Of a stretch of 64,000 nt of DNA, positions 35,943 to 46,544 are shown piece by piece. This DNA comes from Bacteroidales bacterium (lineage in GTDB: Bacteria; Bacteroidota; Bacteroidia; Bacteroidales; BM520). The translations under genes were made by a program, and so were the position numbers. The notes below the pieces were generated by a model. The model was not told where the DNA came from. It did no database searches and saw only the letters and a program-made list of their open reading frames with translations. The stretch covers positions 2,619 to 66,618 of the forward strand of contig JAEEQW010000013.1 of assembly GCA_016285515.1 (NCBI GenBank). The letters run 5' to 3'. Each line of letters starts with the position of its first letter. The stretch's first letter is position 1.

Positions 35943-36404
35943 TTAATCATGTGCAGTTTTTCGTGCCGAGTAGGAGATTTTGAATGCACCGACTTCACGA
36001 AGCTGCTGTTTTACATCGGTAACAATACCCATTCTGACGGTTTGGTCAGCCTTTATGGAAGTGGTTATAAGTTTACGGTCCACCTCATCACGGGATTCCC
36101 TTTCCATCATTATGAAGTCAGGTATGTCATCAAGAGTCTTGAAGCTATCATTCAGCTGAATACGGGATTCATTACCAAGTTTCTTATTGGAAGGAGGTCC
36201 AATATAGATATAGCTTACAAGTGATTTTCTTTCAAGCTTTTCTACCTGAGAAGCTTCCGGAACATTAGTTCTAACCAATGGATCAGCCTGTCTCATAGTA
36301 GTTGTAATCATAAAGAAGAAGATAAGCATGAACACGATATCAGGCATGGAAGATGTTGACATCTGTGGAACTTCTTTCTTTTCACTTTTAATGAATTTTG
36401 ACAT
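35943..36404 (-). CDS. exbD: Biopolymer transporter ExbD/TolR
   Basis: The N-terminal pattern MPDIVFMLIFFFMITT is the ExbD TM signature. 153 aa. Confidence 0.8.
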   Translation of the reverse strand: MSKFIKSEKKEVPQMSTSSMPDIVFMLIFFFMITTTMRQADPLVRTNVPEASQVEKLERKSLVSYIYIGPPSNKKLGNESRIQLNDSFKTLDDIPDFIMMERESRDEVDRKLITTSIKADQTVRMGIVTDVKQQLREVGAFKISYSARKTAHD

Positions 36405-36428
36405 AGTGATGTTTTTTTACATTGGTTA

Positions 36429-37013
36429 TTAATATTCCTCAGGTTCTGCCTCAGAGATTGCGATAGGAATTGCCTTTTTGATGGCTTCGATTTTAGTTTC
36501 TTCCTTAAGGCTTGTGAAAGGAACGCCGAATGCTTTTTTCGACAGTTCATCACGCAGTTCGTTGACAGCCTTAGTTAATTCGTCCTGTACCCTTATGTAC
36601 ATATCGTATGACGTACCTCTGTCGTTTTTCAAAGAGATGACGCCTTTGGAGACCTCATATAATCCGCCAAGCGCAGGAATAGTATCCATACGTTTTTCTG
36701 GAAGATCAGGACTGTTGAAAGGATTGGAGAGGAAGTTCTTTGCCTCTTCCTTCAACATTCTGACATCCATAGGCCTGTTGTTCACCATTACCCAGTCATT
36801 CTTATTGATACTGACTGCCAAAATGTTACGTTCCTTGATATCAGGAATATCCTCCTGAGGCGGAACTGGCGGCGGCAGTCTTCTTGCAATACCTGTATCC
36901 ACATCCATTGTTGTTGTCATCAGGAAGAAGGCAAGCAACAGGAAGGAGATATCAGCCATTGAACTGGCGTTGATTGGTGGAACTTTTTTCTTAGCTTTTC
37001 TCTTAATCTGCAT
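36429..37013 (-). CDS. exbD: Biopolymer transporter ExbD/TolR (second copy)
   Basis: INASSMADISFLLLAFFLMTT TM signature. 194 aa. Confidence 0.8.
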   Translation of the reverse strand: MQIKRKAKKKVPPINASSMADISFLLLAFFLMTTTMDVDTGIARRLPPPVPPQEDIPDIKERNILAVSINKNDWVMVNNRPMDVRMLKEEAKNFLSNPFNSPDLPEKRMDTIPALGGLYEVSKGVISLKNDRGTSYDMYIRVQDELTKAVNELRDELSKKAFGVPFTSLKEETKIEAIKKAIPIAISEAEPEEY

Positions 37014-37015
37014 GA

Positions 37016-37489
37016 TTATACGTTACCTTTCTTTAATAAATCGGATATTGCACCATATATAATCGCAATAATTGCACCAGCAGTAAGGAAATATGCAAGG
37101 TAACAACCTGTGCCTACCCACTTTGAAATAGTTGGATTGACGTTAAGGTCAGGATTACTCATGAATTCCTCTGAAAGCTGAGCGTCCGGTAAAAGATATG
37201 CTATTGCAATTACTGCTATTGCAGCTACTATAAAAATAACGGCTTTTATAATACCTTTCTTAGTATGATGTGTGAAGAACAACGGGAACAATAAGGCAAT
37301 TATAATGGCAAGTATGAGTGCCACTTCGCTTATATACACCGCCGGAAGTACCCACTGGTTGCCGACAGCCACGTCAGATGCTATTGCTCTGCTCTTCACT
37401 ATCAACATAATACCCAAAAAAGCACCGATAGCGAAGAGTATATAGCATAGTATCTTGCCTACTATATTAAATATCTTTGATGTTGCCAT
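37016..37489 (-). CDS. Small multi-pass membrane protein of unknown function within the ExbBD operon
   Basis: Four hydrophobic helices. 2-nt gap to the downstream exbD gene. Confidence 0.5.
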   Translation of the reverse strand: MATSKIFNIVGKILCYILFAIGAFLGIMLIVKSRAIASDVAVGNQWVLPAVYISEVALILAIIIALLFPLFFTHHTKKGIIKAVIFIVAAIAVIAIAYLLPDAQLSEEFMSNPDLNVNPTISKWVGTGCYLAYFLTAGAIIAIIYGAISDLLKKGNV

Positions 37490-37528
37490 AATAACTCTTT
37501 ATTTTATTTATTGTTATTATTCAATGGA

Positions 37529-38347
37529 TTACTTATTATCCATGCTGTCTGCAACGATATCAAGGAATTCAATTGATGAATCTTCCATGTCAATGACAAT
37601 GTTTTCAATCTTGGCAAGGATGTAGTTGTAGAAAACCTGAAGAACAACTGCTACTATCAATCCGAACAGGGTTGTCAGAAGAGCGACTTTCATACCGCCT
37701 GCGACAACAGCTGGAGACATTTCACCTACAACGGAAATTTTATCGAATGCTGCAATCATACCGATGACAGTTCCCATAAATCCCAAGGATGGAGCAAGAG
37801 AGATAAACAGTGCTATCCAGCTGAGTCCCTTCTCAAGGTTACCTGTAGCAACGCTACCATAAGCACCTAAAGCTTTCTCAACCTGGTCAATGCCGTCATC
37901 ATACTTTGCAAGACCTTCATAGAAGACACTTGCGAGAGGACCACGGGTGTTCTTGCAAATTGACATTGCCTTCTCAGGACCGCCATTCTTGAGGGCAGCC
38001 TTAATCTCACCTAACAATTTATCAGAATTGGTGGTTGACATTGTCAAATAGATAATTCTTTCAATAACCAATGCCAAACCGAATATGAGGCACAAAAGAA
38101 CGGTAGCCATAAATCCAGGACCACCTTCGATGAATTTTTCCTTTAATACATAGTGAAATGATTTCTTCTGCTGCACTTGATCTTCAGGAACTGCTGACTG
38201 TGCTGGTGCAGGAGTTGTGGTTTCCTCTGCCACTTGTTCTGTTGTTTGCTGTTCGTCTGCTGGTTGTGCAGCATTCTGAGCGAAAGCGTTAACTGTTACA
38301 AATGTTAGCAAAAATGCCATTGCTAATAACGAAAATAATCTTTTCAT
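37529..38347 (-). CDS. exbB: MotA/TolQ/ExbB proton-channel protein
   Basis: The C-terminal half LAPSLGFMGTVIGMIAAF ... ALLTTLFGLIVA is the ExbB signature. The N-terminus has a signal-like segment and a low-complexity linker. Confidence 0.85.
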   Translation of the reverse strand: MKRLFSLLAMAFLLTFVTVNAFAQNAAQPADEQQTTEQVAEETTTPAPAQSAVPEDQVQQKKSFHYVLKEKFIEGGPGFMATVLLCLIFGLALVIERIIYLTMSTTNSDKLLGEIKAALKNGGPEKAMSICKNTRGPLASVFYEGLAKYDDGIDQVEKALGAYGSVATGNLEKGLSWIALFISLAPSLGFMGTVIGMIAAFDKISVVGEMSPAVVAGGMKVALLTTLFGLIVAVVLQVFYNYILAKIENIVIDMEDSSIEFLDIVADSMDNK

Positions 38348-38394
38348 AATTTTTTTAATTAATTGTTTATTTTTTTGTTTCTAATAAATTTCAG

Positions 38395-38482
38395 CGGAGA
38401 AAGAGGGATTCGAACCCTCGGTTCCGTTTTGCAGAACGCACGCTTTCCAAGCGTGTACCTTAAGCCACTCGGTCATCTCTCC
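38395..38482 (-). tRNA. tRNA-Ser (anticodon GGA), class II with long variable arm
   Basis: The minus strand reads GGAGAGATGACCGAGTGGCTTAAGGTACACGCTTGGAAAGCGTG...GAGGGTTCGAATCCCTCTTTCTCCG. Acceptor stem GGAGAGA/TTTCTCC has one G-U pair. Anticodon stem CACGC/GCGTG has loop TTGGAAA. T-arm GAGGG-TTCGAAT-CCCTC. CCA is not encoded. Confidence 0.9.
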
Positions 38483-38667
38483 GGACTTGATTTTAAGCCA
38501 CTTTAGAGCACCTCAACAGGACACTCTATACCGCTTAAAAATTTTGCCTGCTAAATTAGTACTTTTTTTTCAATTAAATCAATTACTGATTATTTTTAAT
38601 TCACCATTTTTTAATAATTTGTTAACAACCACTGATAATCAGTTGATTACAAGGACAATTTCTTATA

Positions 38668-39459
38668 TTATATTCCAAAAATCTTCTCCGCATTCTTATT
38701 TGTGATGCCGGCTACAGTCGCCACCGGAACACCTAAATTATCTGACAATTTATTAGCAATCAGAGGAATATAAGAACTCTCATTCCGCTGTCCCCTATAT
38801 GGCACAGGAGGCAGATACGGTGAATCAGTTTCCAGAACAACCCTGTTCAAATCCAAAAAATCAAAAAATGACGGAATTTTAGACTTCTTATAAGTACATG
38901 TCCCCCCTACCCCGAAATAAAAATTTTCATGCCTCATCGCGCGAATGGTCTCATCCATGGTTCCACTCCAACAATGGAATATTCCTCTGACATCCTGAAA
39001 TTCGCTCTCATCAAGGATATCCAAGACAACACTCTCCGAACTGCGACTATGAATTATCACTGGAAGATCCAGTTGCAAAGCCCACGAAAACTGCTCCCTT
39101 AGCACCGTCTTCTGAAAATCCATATAAGTCTTGTCCCAATACAGGTCCATGCCAATCTCCCCTACCGCCACATAACCGGTATCACCGTTGAACAATTCCT
39201 CCCCTATCAGCTCCATCTCATGCTTGTATCCGTCATTTACTGATGTCGGATGCAACCCCATAGCACCATAACATATTCCTTTATAATTACTAAGCATGGA
39301 CTTCAAAGGAGCTATCGACATATAATCTTCGTTGGGCATAACCAGTTTCCTGACATTGTTGTCAAGACACCGCTGCATGACATCAACTCTGTCCACATCA
39401 AACTGACTGGCATAAAGATGTGTGTGGGAATCGATAAAATAATATTCGGCTTCGTTCAT
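38668..39459 (-). CDS. tatD: TatD-family metal-dependent hydrolase
   Basis: FIDSHTHLY ... GEIGMDLYW ... IHSR ... HCWSG ... ETDSPYL. Confidence 0.85.
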   Translation of the reverse strand: MNEAEYYFIDSHTHLYASQFDVDRVDVMQRCLDNNVRKLVMPNEDYMSIAPLKSMLSNYKGICYGAMGLHPTSVNDGYKHEMELIGEELFNGDTGYVAVGEIGMDLYWDKTYMDFQKTVLREQFSWALQLDLPVIIHSRSSESVVLDILDESEFQDVRGIFHCWSGTMDETIRAMRHENFYFGVGGTCTYKKSKIPSFFDFLDLNRVVLETDSPYLPPVPYRGQRNESSYIPLIANKLSDNLGVPVATVAGITNKNAEKIFGI

Positions 39460-39494
39460 GCCGCAAAAATACAACAACTTTTCAAAAAAAATTT

Positions 39495-39502
39495 TACATT
39501 TG
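39495..39502 (+). promoter_or_regulatory. -7 box TACATTTG
   Basis: A TAnnTTTG match 16 nt upstream of the ATG at 39518. Confidence 0.35.
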
Positions 39503-39517
39503 CAGATTCAAGTAACA

Positions 39518-40465
39518 ATGAAAATGAAAGTACTTGTCATACGCCTCAGTTCAATAGGCGACATAGTCCTCACCTCTCCCGTTGTCAGATGCCTCAAACA
39601 GCAAACTGATTGCACTTTGCATTTCCTCACGAAGAAATGCTACAACACTCTCGTTGCAAATAATCCCTATATTGACAAAGTGATTCTTTTCGATGGAGAC
39701 ATAAAAACGACTGTAAGCGAACTTAAAGCCGAAAACTACGATTTCATTGTTGACTTGCACAACAACACGCGATCGCACATAATACGCAGACGGCTAAGGA
39801 AACCGGGGGCTTCTTTCAATAAGTTGGATTTCAAAAAATTCCTTATCACCAAATTCAAAATAAACCTGCTGCCGAAAGTGCATGTGGTTGACAGATATTT
39901 CGGTGCCGTGAAAAAACTGGGGGTTGAAAACGACGGACGAGGATTAGATTACTTCATCGATGAAAAAGAAAAAATGCCTACAGGCCTTGAACTACCCGAA
40001 CACTATTTCGTCTTCGCCATCGGCGGACAACACAAGACCAAAATTGTTCCGACCGACATCATAGTTCAAATATGCAACAATATGAGAACCAATAAAATAT
40101 ACATCATAGGCGGCAAGGAAGACAGAGTTGAGGGCAGCAAGATAATACTTCGATGCAGCAATGTATTCAATCTCACCGACAGACTGACCATAAACCAGTC
40201 GGCCCAGGTGATACGCAACGCAGACCGCGTATTCACCGGAGATACCGGAATGATGCATATCGCAGCCGCATTCAAAAAAGACATAACATCCTTCTGGGGG
40301 AACACAATTCCCGAATTCGGCATGTATCCTTATTATCCGGTTGATTTCAAAGGCAAGTCGGAAATCGTTGAAAACAAAAACCTAAAATGCCGTCCGTGCA
40401 GCAAACTCGGCTACGAACACTGTCCGAAAGGCCATTTTATGTGCATGAGATGGCTGAAAAGTTGA
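39518..40465 (+). CDS. Glycosyltransferase family 9 (heptosyltransferase-like)
   Basis: MKVLVIRLSSIGDIVLTSPVVRCLK is the classic GT9 N-terminus. TGDTGMMHIAAA lies in the C-domain. Confidence 0.75.
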   Translation: MKMKVLVIRLSSIGDIVLTSPVVRCLKQQTDCTLHFLTKKCYNTLVANNPYIDKVILFDGDIKTTVSELKAENYDFIVDLHNNTRSHIIRRRLRKPGASFNKLDFKKFLITKFKINLLPKVHVVDRYFGAVKKLGVENDGRGLDYFIDEKEKMPTGLELPEHYFVFAIGGQHKTKIVPTDIIVQICNNMRTNKIYIIGGKEDRVEGSKIILRCSNVFNLTDRLTINQSAQVIRNADRVFTGDTGMMHIAAAFKKDITSFWGNTIPEFGMYPYYPVDFKGKSEIVENKNLKCRPCSKLGYEHCPKGHFMCMRWLKS

Positions 40466-40500
40466 ATGTAGAAAGTCAAAAGTTCAATAATATTTAATGT

Positions 40501-41616
40501 ATGAAAAAAAATATACTGATTACAATTTTGTCACTGATTTGTGTGATAAACACGAATGCGCAGATTTCAATGGTTAAGTATAACGATTCCATAAGCAGCG
40601 GCGTTTTGTGTGCACTGCCTAAAACTTCCTTCATAGTAGAAGTCCACTATTCCGAGAACATCACAAAACCAGGCATTTATGCCGATTATGCCGAAAGCAT
40701 GCTTGGTATTGAAGATGTCGTGAAAAAGGAAAAGAGATACTATTCCATTGACGACATAATCTTGAAACCTTTTATCGAGGCAGATGAAAATGCACGTTTC
40801 TACATCAAAAATGAATCAACGGCAAAATCGGAATCGGAATGTCATGTCCATATTGACGAAAACGGTATTCTCATCGGATTAGGAACAATCAGCGATAATG
40901 ACATTACGGATAAAGCAGATGATGAACAACTGGCTTTCAGTTCCAAGAATGCGACAGTTCCATTTAACAACTACTCGGTTGTTCCGTCATTGATATCACT
41001 TACCGACACCATCTCCGACAACACAGACACAGCTTACGAAATAATAACTTCAACTGAAGAGATGTCAACTGAAGAAAAAGCAGAAGCCGCACTCAACTCC
41101 ATGATGGAAATCCGCCAACAGCGACTTGACCTGCTTTCCGGATATCAGGAAACAAACTATTCAGTCGAAGCCTTCAGATACCTCGCTTCGTCACTCAAGC
41201 AGACCGAGGACAGCTATTTAAGCATGTTTATCGGCAGCACCTCGAAAAACGAGCATGTACACTCGTTCATTTTCTCTCCGACAGCCGACAACGTCAACAA
41301 GGAAACTTCGGTTCTCTGTTTCTCCGAAGAAACCGGCATCTGCAGCAGCACAAGAAACAGCAACTCACAGATAACCATCTCAGTCATTCCACGAAATCAG
41401 TCGGTAAAGAAAGAGCCCAAACTTAAGGAAAACGGCATAAAATACAGAATTCCTGTCACTGCAGAAATATATGCAAGATACAAAAACAAGACTTATTGTG
41501 GAGGCATCTATCAACTGCCGCAGCTCGGAAAGATGATGAACTTCGACATGGCTAAGAACAAATATGTCCTTTACGACAGTCACACCGGCTCAATCCGCAG
41601 CATAAAAGTGGAATAA
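40501..41616 (+). CDS. Secreted protein of unknown function (DUF4831-like)
   Basis: Signal peptide ending NTNAQ. A 371-aa ORF. The family call rests only on weak recollection of its context and size. Confidence 0.4.
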   Translation: MKKNILITILSLICVINTNAQISMVKYNDSISSGVLCALPKTSFIVEVHYSENITKPGIYADYAESMLGIEDVVKKEKRYYSIDDIILKPFIEADENARFYIKNESTAKSESECHVHIDENGILIGLGTISDNDITDKADDEQLAFSSKNATVPFNNYSVVPSLISLTDTISDNTDTAYEIITSTEEMSTEEKAEAALNSMMEIRQQRLDLLSGYQETNYSVEAFRYLASSLKQTEDSYLSMFIGSTSKNEHVHSFIFSPTADNVNKETSVLCFSEETGICSSTRNSNSQITISVIPRNQSVKKEPKLKENGIKYRIPVTAEIYARYKNKTYCGGIYQLPQLGKMMNFDMAKNKYVLYDSHTGSIRSIKVE

Positions 41617-41658
41617 ATCCAATAGAGATAAACTTATCGGGACACCAGGGCACATGAA

Positions 41659-42744
41659 TCACTTAAAACAGAATTCACCTGGAATAAGCCCGACCTTGTA
41701 CGATTTCAGCAACTCACCGGAAGGGGAATATTTATACACTATGCCATTTTTAATCATATTCAGACCATCAGACACATAAACCAACGAAGTCTGCGGGTCA
41801 ACAGCAAGCCCGTAAAAGCCGTTGTACGAACTCGAAGAATTGTTTTCGGCAAACAGCTGAATGTCAGAAGGATTATCTATTGCAAAGCGATAAACGTTAC
41901 GATTCAGGAAATATACCGTATCACCCGAACCGTTGATTTTCAGCTCTGAAGGTGAATCATCAAGTTCAAAACGATACACGATTTCAGCAGTCCTTGTTTC
42001 GGGATTAATTTTTATAAGCCCTGGTTCCTCATAGCCATACGGGCTTCCATTAAATCCGCCGTCGGTGATGGTCCATATCTGACTGTTTTTGTCAATCACC
42101 AGTGATGTAGGCTGCTTCAGAACTTCAATCGAATCCACAAGCTGGTCGGTTTCAGTGTCGATTACAAGGATTTTATTGTCATAGCTCCAACAGTTGGTGA
42201 ACACAAAATTCTTATACTGAACCATCTGCTCTGTTGAATGCTGATAATACTGAGATTCATGGTTGTCAACATCAATATGTCCGGTTATTTCGTACGTCGA
42301 TGGATTGACTATTGCTATACTTTTGGCGTAAATATCTGTTATATAAGCTTTTGTTTTACTGACAAAATGCATATAGCGCGGCGATGTCAGTCCTGTGATT
42401 TTGCCTACAACCTCAAAAGTGTTGGTATTGATAGCATAGACCTTGCCACTGTTGTTGACAACAATAAAGCCGGTGCTGTCCATGATTACCATCGACTGTG
42501 CCACATCACCAAGAGGTATGTTATTGACGTCATAGAATACGTTGTTCATAACGCTGTCGGTTTCAAAATCAAGGTATGACAACGAAGCATTTTCATACAT
42601 AAAATTGCCTTCGTTTACGATAAACAATCCCGAATGGGATTCATTGATATCGGGCGGCGTTACAGGACCAGGGTCGTCAGGCATACAGCCGCTCAGAATA
42701 AATATCACGCTGATAATTAAAAATAATATTGTTTTTGTGTTCAT
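41659..42744 (-). CDS. Surface beta-propeller lipoprotein (YncE/DUF5074-like; BtuG-like by position)
   Basis: Lipobox ILSGC. GLFIVNEGNFMYENASLSYLD ... LGDVAQSM ... VVNNSGKVYAIN ... LTSPRYM are propeller-repeat blocks. It lies directly downstream of the riboswitch-controlled TonB-dependent receptor. Confidence 0.55.
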   Translation of the reverse strand: MNTKTILFLIISVIFILSGCMPDDPGPVTPPDINESHSGLFIVNEGNFMYENASLSYLDFETDSVMNNVFYDVNNIPLGDVAQSMVIMDSTGFIVVNNSGKVYAINTNTFEVVGKITGLTSPRYMHFVSKTKAYITDIYAKSIAIVNPSTYEITGHIDVDNHESQYYQHSTEQMVQYKNFVFTNCWSYDNKILVIDTETDQLVDSIEVLKQPTSLVIDKNSQIWTITDGGFNGSPYGYEEPGLIKINPETRTAEIVYRFELDDSPSELKINGSGDTVYFLNRNVYRFAIDNPSDIQLFAENNSSSSYNGFYGLAVDPQTSLVYVSDGLNMIKNGIVYKYSPSGELLKSYKVGLIPGEFCFK

Positions 42745-42765
42745 TTTAGTGTTATTAAATTGTTA

Positions 42766-44775
42766 TTAAATTTCAAATACTAATTGTAAAAGGAAGTTTC
42801 GACCTGGCATTGGCCTGTAAAGTACTGAATGATACGACTCATTTAGCAAATTGTATATCTTCAGTTCGACAGAAAAATCAAAATTCTTAAAATTGAAATC
42901 CTTGCCCACAAAAACATCACTCATAAAGTAAGGATAAAGCCAGTCACGACGGGTGATGTCATTGGTTGAAGTAGTATAGCGCTCGCTATAATAGTTAAAC
43001 TGATATGTAACGAAAAACTTTCGGTAAGTCACATTGACGAGAGCATTGGCGGAATGCAGGGGAATATACACAAGCTGCTTGCCGTAGGAATCCTCACCCC
43101 AGACATCTATATCGCCATAGTTTCTCGCATGATTATAAGCATAATTCCCTGACACCCTGATATATACATTTTTAATACTCTTTTCAGCCGACAGGCTAGC
43201 CTCAATGCCCTGCGCCAATACCCTACTTATATTCATCGGCTGCCAATACCCCTTAAAACTCGGAATCCACACTATCCAGTTGTTGACATCATTCCTGAAA
43301 CCGGTAACCTCGGTCTTAATCTTGAAATCAGGTACAACATACTGATATTCCAAGCCAAGTTCAAAACCAAAGCCGTTTTCAGGCAACAAATCCCTGTTTC
43401 CGCCGGGAATCCAATATAAATCATTCAGTGTAGGCTGATGATAATTTCGAGCAATGTTTCCCTTGACGATAAAATCGGCTTTCTTCAGTATCTTGAGATC
43501 GAAACCTAAATACGGAATCAGCGGTGCAAACTTGCCGTCAACCAAATCCTCACGCATCATAAGCGTCATATTCAACCTTTTCCAAAAACTTTTGTTTATA
43601 GACATGAAAGCCGAATATTCCTGACGGACAGCATCGTAGCCCACATGCTGAATCGTATCAGTCGAGCTGACTTTGTGGAAATTTGCATCAAAGCTGGCCT
43701 CTATCGAGAAGTCTTCGGAAAAATTATAAGTATATTTTGCACTGTTGACAAAACTATTTGACATGCTTACGGAATAAATCGCAGGAATAATGCCTACACC
43801 TGAGACAAAATTTCGAAGAGTATATAGAAGATGCTTATTCGAAAAGCCGCTTCTGACAACAAGTTCCGACTTCAAGCCATAATGTGTCCAATCGACGACC
43901 ACCTTATTATCATCGTCTTTTTGGTTGTTAAGATTTGAATTTTCCGGGCCCTCATAGCTCGTCACCTGCGGAATTGACCTGTCGGCTCTCTGTCCCCAGT
44001 ATTTTACCGACAATGCATTGTTTCCATTGATGTGAAAATATATTTCCTGAAGAAGTCCATATATCTTATAGGACGCATTGTCATTAGTGTCTATGGGGTA
44101 TTCGTACAAACCGGTTACAGGATTATAAACTTTGATTCTGCGGTTGACGAATGTAAAATCATTCTTGGAATAGTTATGGTACACTCTCGTTTTGAGGGAA
44201 ATCTTTCTATTACCCCATCCGACCCCGAGATATTCGTTGAAGGTGTGATAACTACCGATTCCCTGCACATACTTAAGAGTAAAGCATGTGTCATGAGTGT
44301 CGTAATTACCGATATTTATTGAGCCTCCCAAGCCTCCGCTATTGTCGGCAATTGAGGCTGTTCCGTGTTTAAGGTTGATATCATCTATAATATACACCGG
44401 TATCAGCGAAAAATCGACACTGCCCGTCATCGGCGAATTAATGTTAATACCGTTCCACACGACCTGTGTATGAGATGCTGCAGTGCCTCTGAATGAAGCA
44501 GTTGCAAGTGCCCCTCTTCCATTGTTCTTGATGAATATCGGTGTGTTTTCAGAAAGCAAGTCGGAAAGAGAGGAACTGATCTTCTCCATCATGACGATGG
44601 AATCGACCTTCGTCTCCCTCATTCCGGCTTCTTCTTTCTCAAACAGCCTGTCAGCGGTAAAACCAACGATTTCAACGCTTTTCAGGACAACTGTATCTTG
44701 AACATCCTGAGCCATAAGTTTCCCCCAAACGACCATGAACATCACGGTCATGCAGAAAAAAATCCTGTGGCCCAT
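42766..44775 (-). CDS. btuB: TonB-dependent receptor (BtuB-like, under the B12 riboswitch)
   Basis: Signal peptide, plug-domain blocks (GRGALATASFRGTAASHTQVVWNGININSPMTG) and a C-terminal barrel ending in F-containing strands. It is in an operon downstream of a cobalamin riboswitch. Confidence 0.8.
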   Translation of the reverse strand: MGHRIFFCMTVMFMVVWGKLMAQDVQDTVVLKSVEIVGFTADRLFEKEEAGMRETKVDSIVMMEKISSSLSDLLSENTPIFIKNNGRGALATASFRGTAASHTQVVWNGININSPMTGSVDFSLIPVYIIDDINLKHGTASIADNSGGLGGSINIGNYDTHDTCFTLKYVQGIGSYHTFNEYLGVGWGNRKISLKTRVYHNYSKNDFTFVNRRIKVYNPVTGLYEYPIDTNDNASYKIYGLLQEIYFHINGNNALSVKYWGQRADRSIPQVTSYEGPENSNLNNQKDDDNKVVVDWTHYGLKSELVVRSGFSNKHLLYTLRNFVSGVGIIPAIYSVSMSNSFVNSAKYTYNFSEDFSIEASFDANFHKVSSTDTIQHVGYDAVRQEYSAFMSINKSFWKRLNMTLMMREDLVDGKFAPLIPYLGFDLKILKKADFIVKGNIARNYHQPTLNDLYWIPGGNRDLLPENGFGFELGLEYQYVVPDFKIKTEVTGFRNDVNNWIVWIPSFKGYWQPMNISRVLAQGIEASLSAEKSIKNVYIRVSGNYAYNHARNYGDIDVWGEDSYGKQLVYIPLHSANALVNVTYRKFFVTYQFNYYSERYTTSTNDITRRDWLYPYFMSDVFVGKDFNFKNFDFSVELKIYNLLNESYHSVLYRPMPGRNFLLQLVFEI

Positions 44776-44787
44776 GGATAAAACGGA

Positions 44788-46485
44788 TTACTTCTTTATA
44801 AGTTTCTTGGTCACGACACCATTGTCGCTTGCAATACGTACGAAATACATGCCTGTTGACAAATCAGAGATGTCGATGCAGTTTCTACCGTCTGTATCGA
44901 AATGACTGACAATCTGTCCGTTCACATTATAAACATCAACTGTGCTGTATGTATCAGTACTTATGTAAAATTTCCCTGAGGTAGGATTTGGATATACAGA
45001 AATAGCATTATTGTTCTCCACATCTCTAATGGCCTCGTTCTGACCGACATTAACGTACATATTGTCGATGCAGAAATATGCAGGTGTATTCATTCCATAA
45101 GCGCCCGAATCAGTTGATTCGAGAAACATTCTTAAACCAGTAACTTCGCCCAGAGAAGCAAGGTCAACCCAACGCCAATTGTCAACGATGTAATCCTGTG
45201 AATTGTCATCAAACCTGAAATCGGCGAGATAGAACACGACTGTGTCTGTTGGATTTCCATTTATATCTATACCGAAAACATTGAGTGTCAGCCAGTCAGG
45301 GTCATTTCCAGAATCACCGCCGAATTTCTTGGCGAATCCGTCACCATCACGCATTGAGAGGTAAGTATATGTGGCGTTTGTGACGAAAAATCCGTTCACA
45401 ACATATGCCACATCTTCTTTTGCTGGATTGACAAAATTTGCCTCAACAGGAATCGCACTATAATCATTCATCCAATCTGTTGCCACGTATGCCACTGCGT
45501 AATTTGTACCGCCTTCATCATCGGCTTCCATGCCACCACGTGTTATAGCGCTGAACTGATTTGTGTATCCGCCCGTAGTATCGTCTCTCATGTTGGAATA
45601 TGCAAAGCCGCTCCATGAGTAATATAAAGCATCATAATTATTCACATATCTGACTATTCCGGAGGTAAATCCGCCTGTTCCATCACTGCCATCCCAATAG
45701 GAATCAGGTGCAAGGGACAATTCATTGAAATTTGAGATTTCGTATGGAGAACCGGCATTGATGACGCCTACTCCGTCAAGGTCAAATCCTGACGAATTAA
45801 ATTCAGTCGGCCATGGGTCATTGACCTTATGTCCTTGAGAGTCGTAAGTTGCATATTCATCCTGAATGCAGCCGATGACGTCAATCAGCTTGACAAATCT
45901 GATATTATTGACATCCAATCCTGCATTGTCGGCAACATCATCAAGGTCAAAAGGAGTTCCATACCCTTGACGATATTTACCAGCCAAGTTGTGGATCATC
46001 GTTGCATCAACTTGTCCGAACGTTCCAATCTGTTCAGTCTCAGAAGAAAGGGAGACAGCAGGGAATCTGAAGAAGTTCACGCCGTCGGAGCTGACTTCAA
46101 CAAAAGCCAGTTCAAGGAAATAGTCATCAAATGAATTTTCGAACACTGCAAAATCGAATCCAGGTCCATTGACAATTGGACGGTCGAAAGTCAGAATAGC
46201 TTCACCTGCATCACCGAGGCTTACCACCTCCATCGAGCCTCCTTCAGCGACACCCAGTCCCAATGCCGGATATCCGAAAGACACCTTAGCAGGCGGGTTT
46301 GCAATATTCTGATAACCACGAGTTAACTGAATGCCTGTAGCCCAGCAGACAAACTGGTCCGAATTAACCGGAATAGCTGTTGACCCTTCCTGGCCGGCAG
46401 CAGGCGGATAAGGTCCATTCTGTGCAAAGATGTTTCCTGACAATCCCATCAGAAAAGCTACCAACAAAAGTAAATTTTTTCTCAT
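44788..46485 (-). CDS. DUF4465-like surface protein with T9SS type A C-terminal sorting domain
   Basis: Signal peptide MRKNLLLLVAFLMGLSGNIFAQ. The C-terminal ~80 aa (ISVYPNPTSGKFYI ... VDVYNVNGQIV ... GMYFVRI ... KKLIKK) is a T9SS CTD. It is the first gene after the B12 riboswitch. The DUF4465 assignment is tentative. Confidence 0.6.
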   Translation of the reverse strand: MRKNLLLLVAFLMGLSGNIFAQNGPYPPAAGQEGSTAIPVNSDQFVCWATGIQLTRGYQNIANPPAKVSFGYPALGLGVAEGGSMEVVSLGDAGEAILTFDRPIVNGPGFDFAVFENSFDDYFLELAFVEVSSDGVNFFRFPAVSLSSETEQIGTFGQVDATMIHNLAGKYRQGYGTPFDLDDVADNAGLDVNNIRFVKLIDVIGCIQDEYATYDSQGHKVNDPWPTEFNSSGFDLDGVGVINAGSPYEISNFNELSLAPDSYWDGSDGTGGFTSGIVRYVNNYDALYYSWSGFAYSNMRDDTTGGYTNQFSAITRGGMEADDEGGTNYAVAYVATDWMNDYSAIPVEANFVNPAKEDVAYVVNGFFVTNATYTYLSMRDGDGFAKKFGGDSGNDPDWLTLNVFGIDINGNPTDTVVFYLADFRFDDNSQDYIVDNWRWVDLASLGEVTGLRMFLESTDSGAYGMNTPAYFCIDNMYVNVGQNEAIRDVENNNAISVYPNPTSGKFYISTDTYSTVDVYNVNGQIVSHFDTDGRNCIDISDLSTGMYFVRIASDNGVVTKKLIKK

Positions 46486-46544
46486 TTTAATAAGAGTTTT
46501 AAAGTTACACAATGGTAGCGGATGGAAAAATGATAGAATATTCG

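Noticed and set aside
38577-38648. Imperfect inverted repeat (aatcaattactgattat / ataatcagttgatt) and 13-nt palindrome actgataatcagt (38631-38643) in the AT-rich spacer upstream of tRNA-Ser; considered as a possible att site
   Set aside because: No integrase or mobile-element genes flank the tRNA, and no copy of the tRNA 3' end is repeated in the window. Such short AT-rich repeats easily arise by chance. At most it could be an operator.
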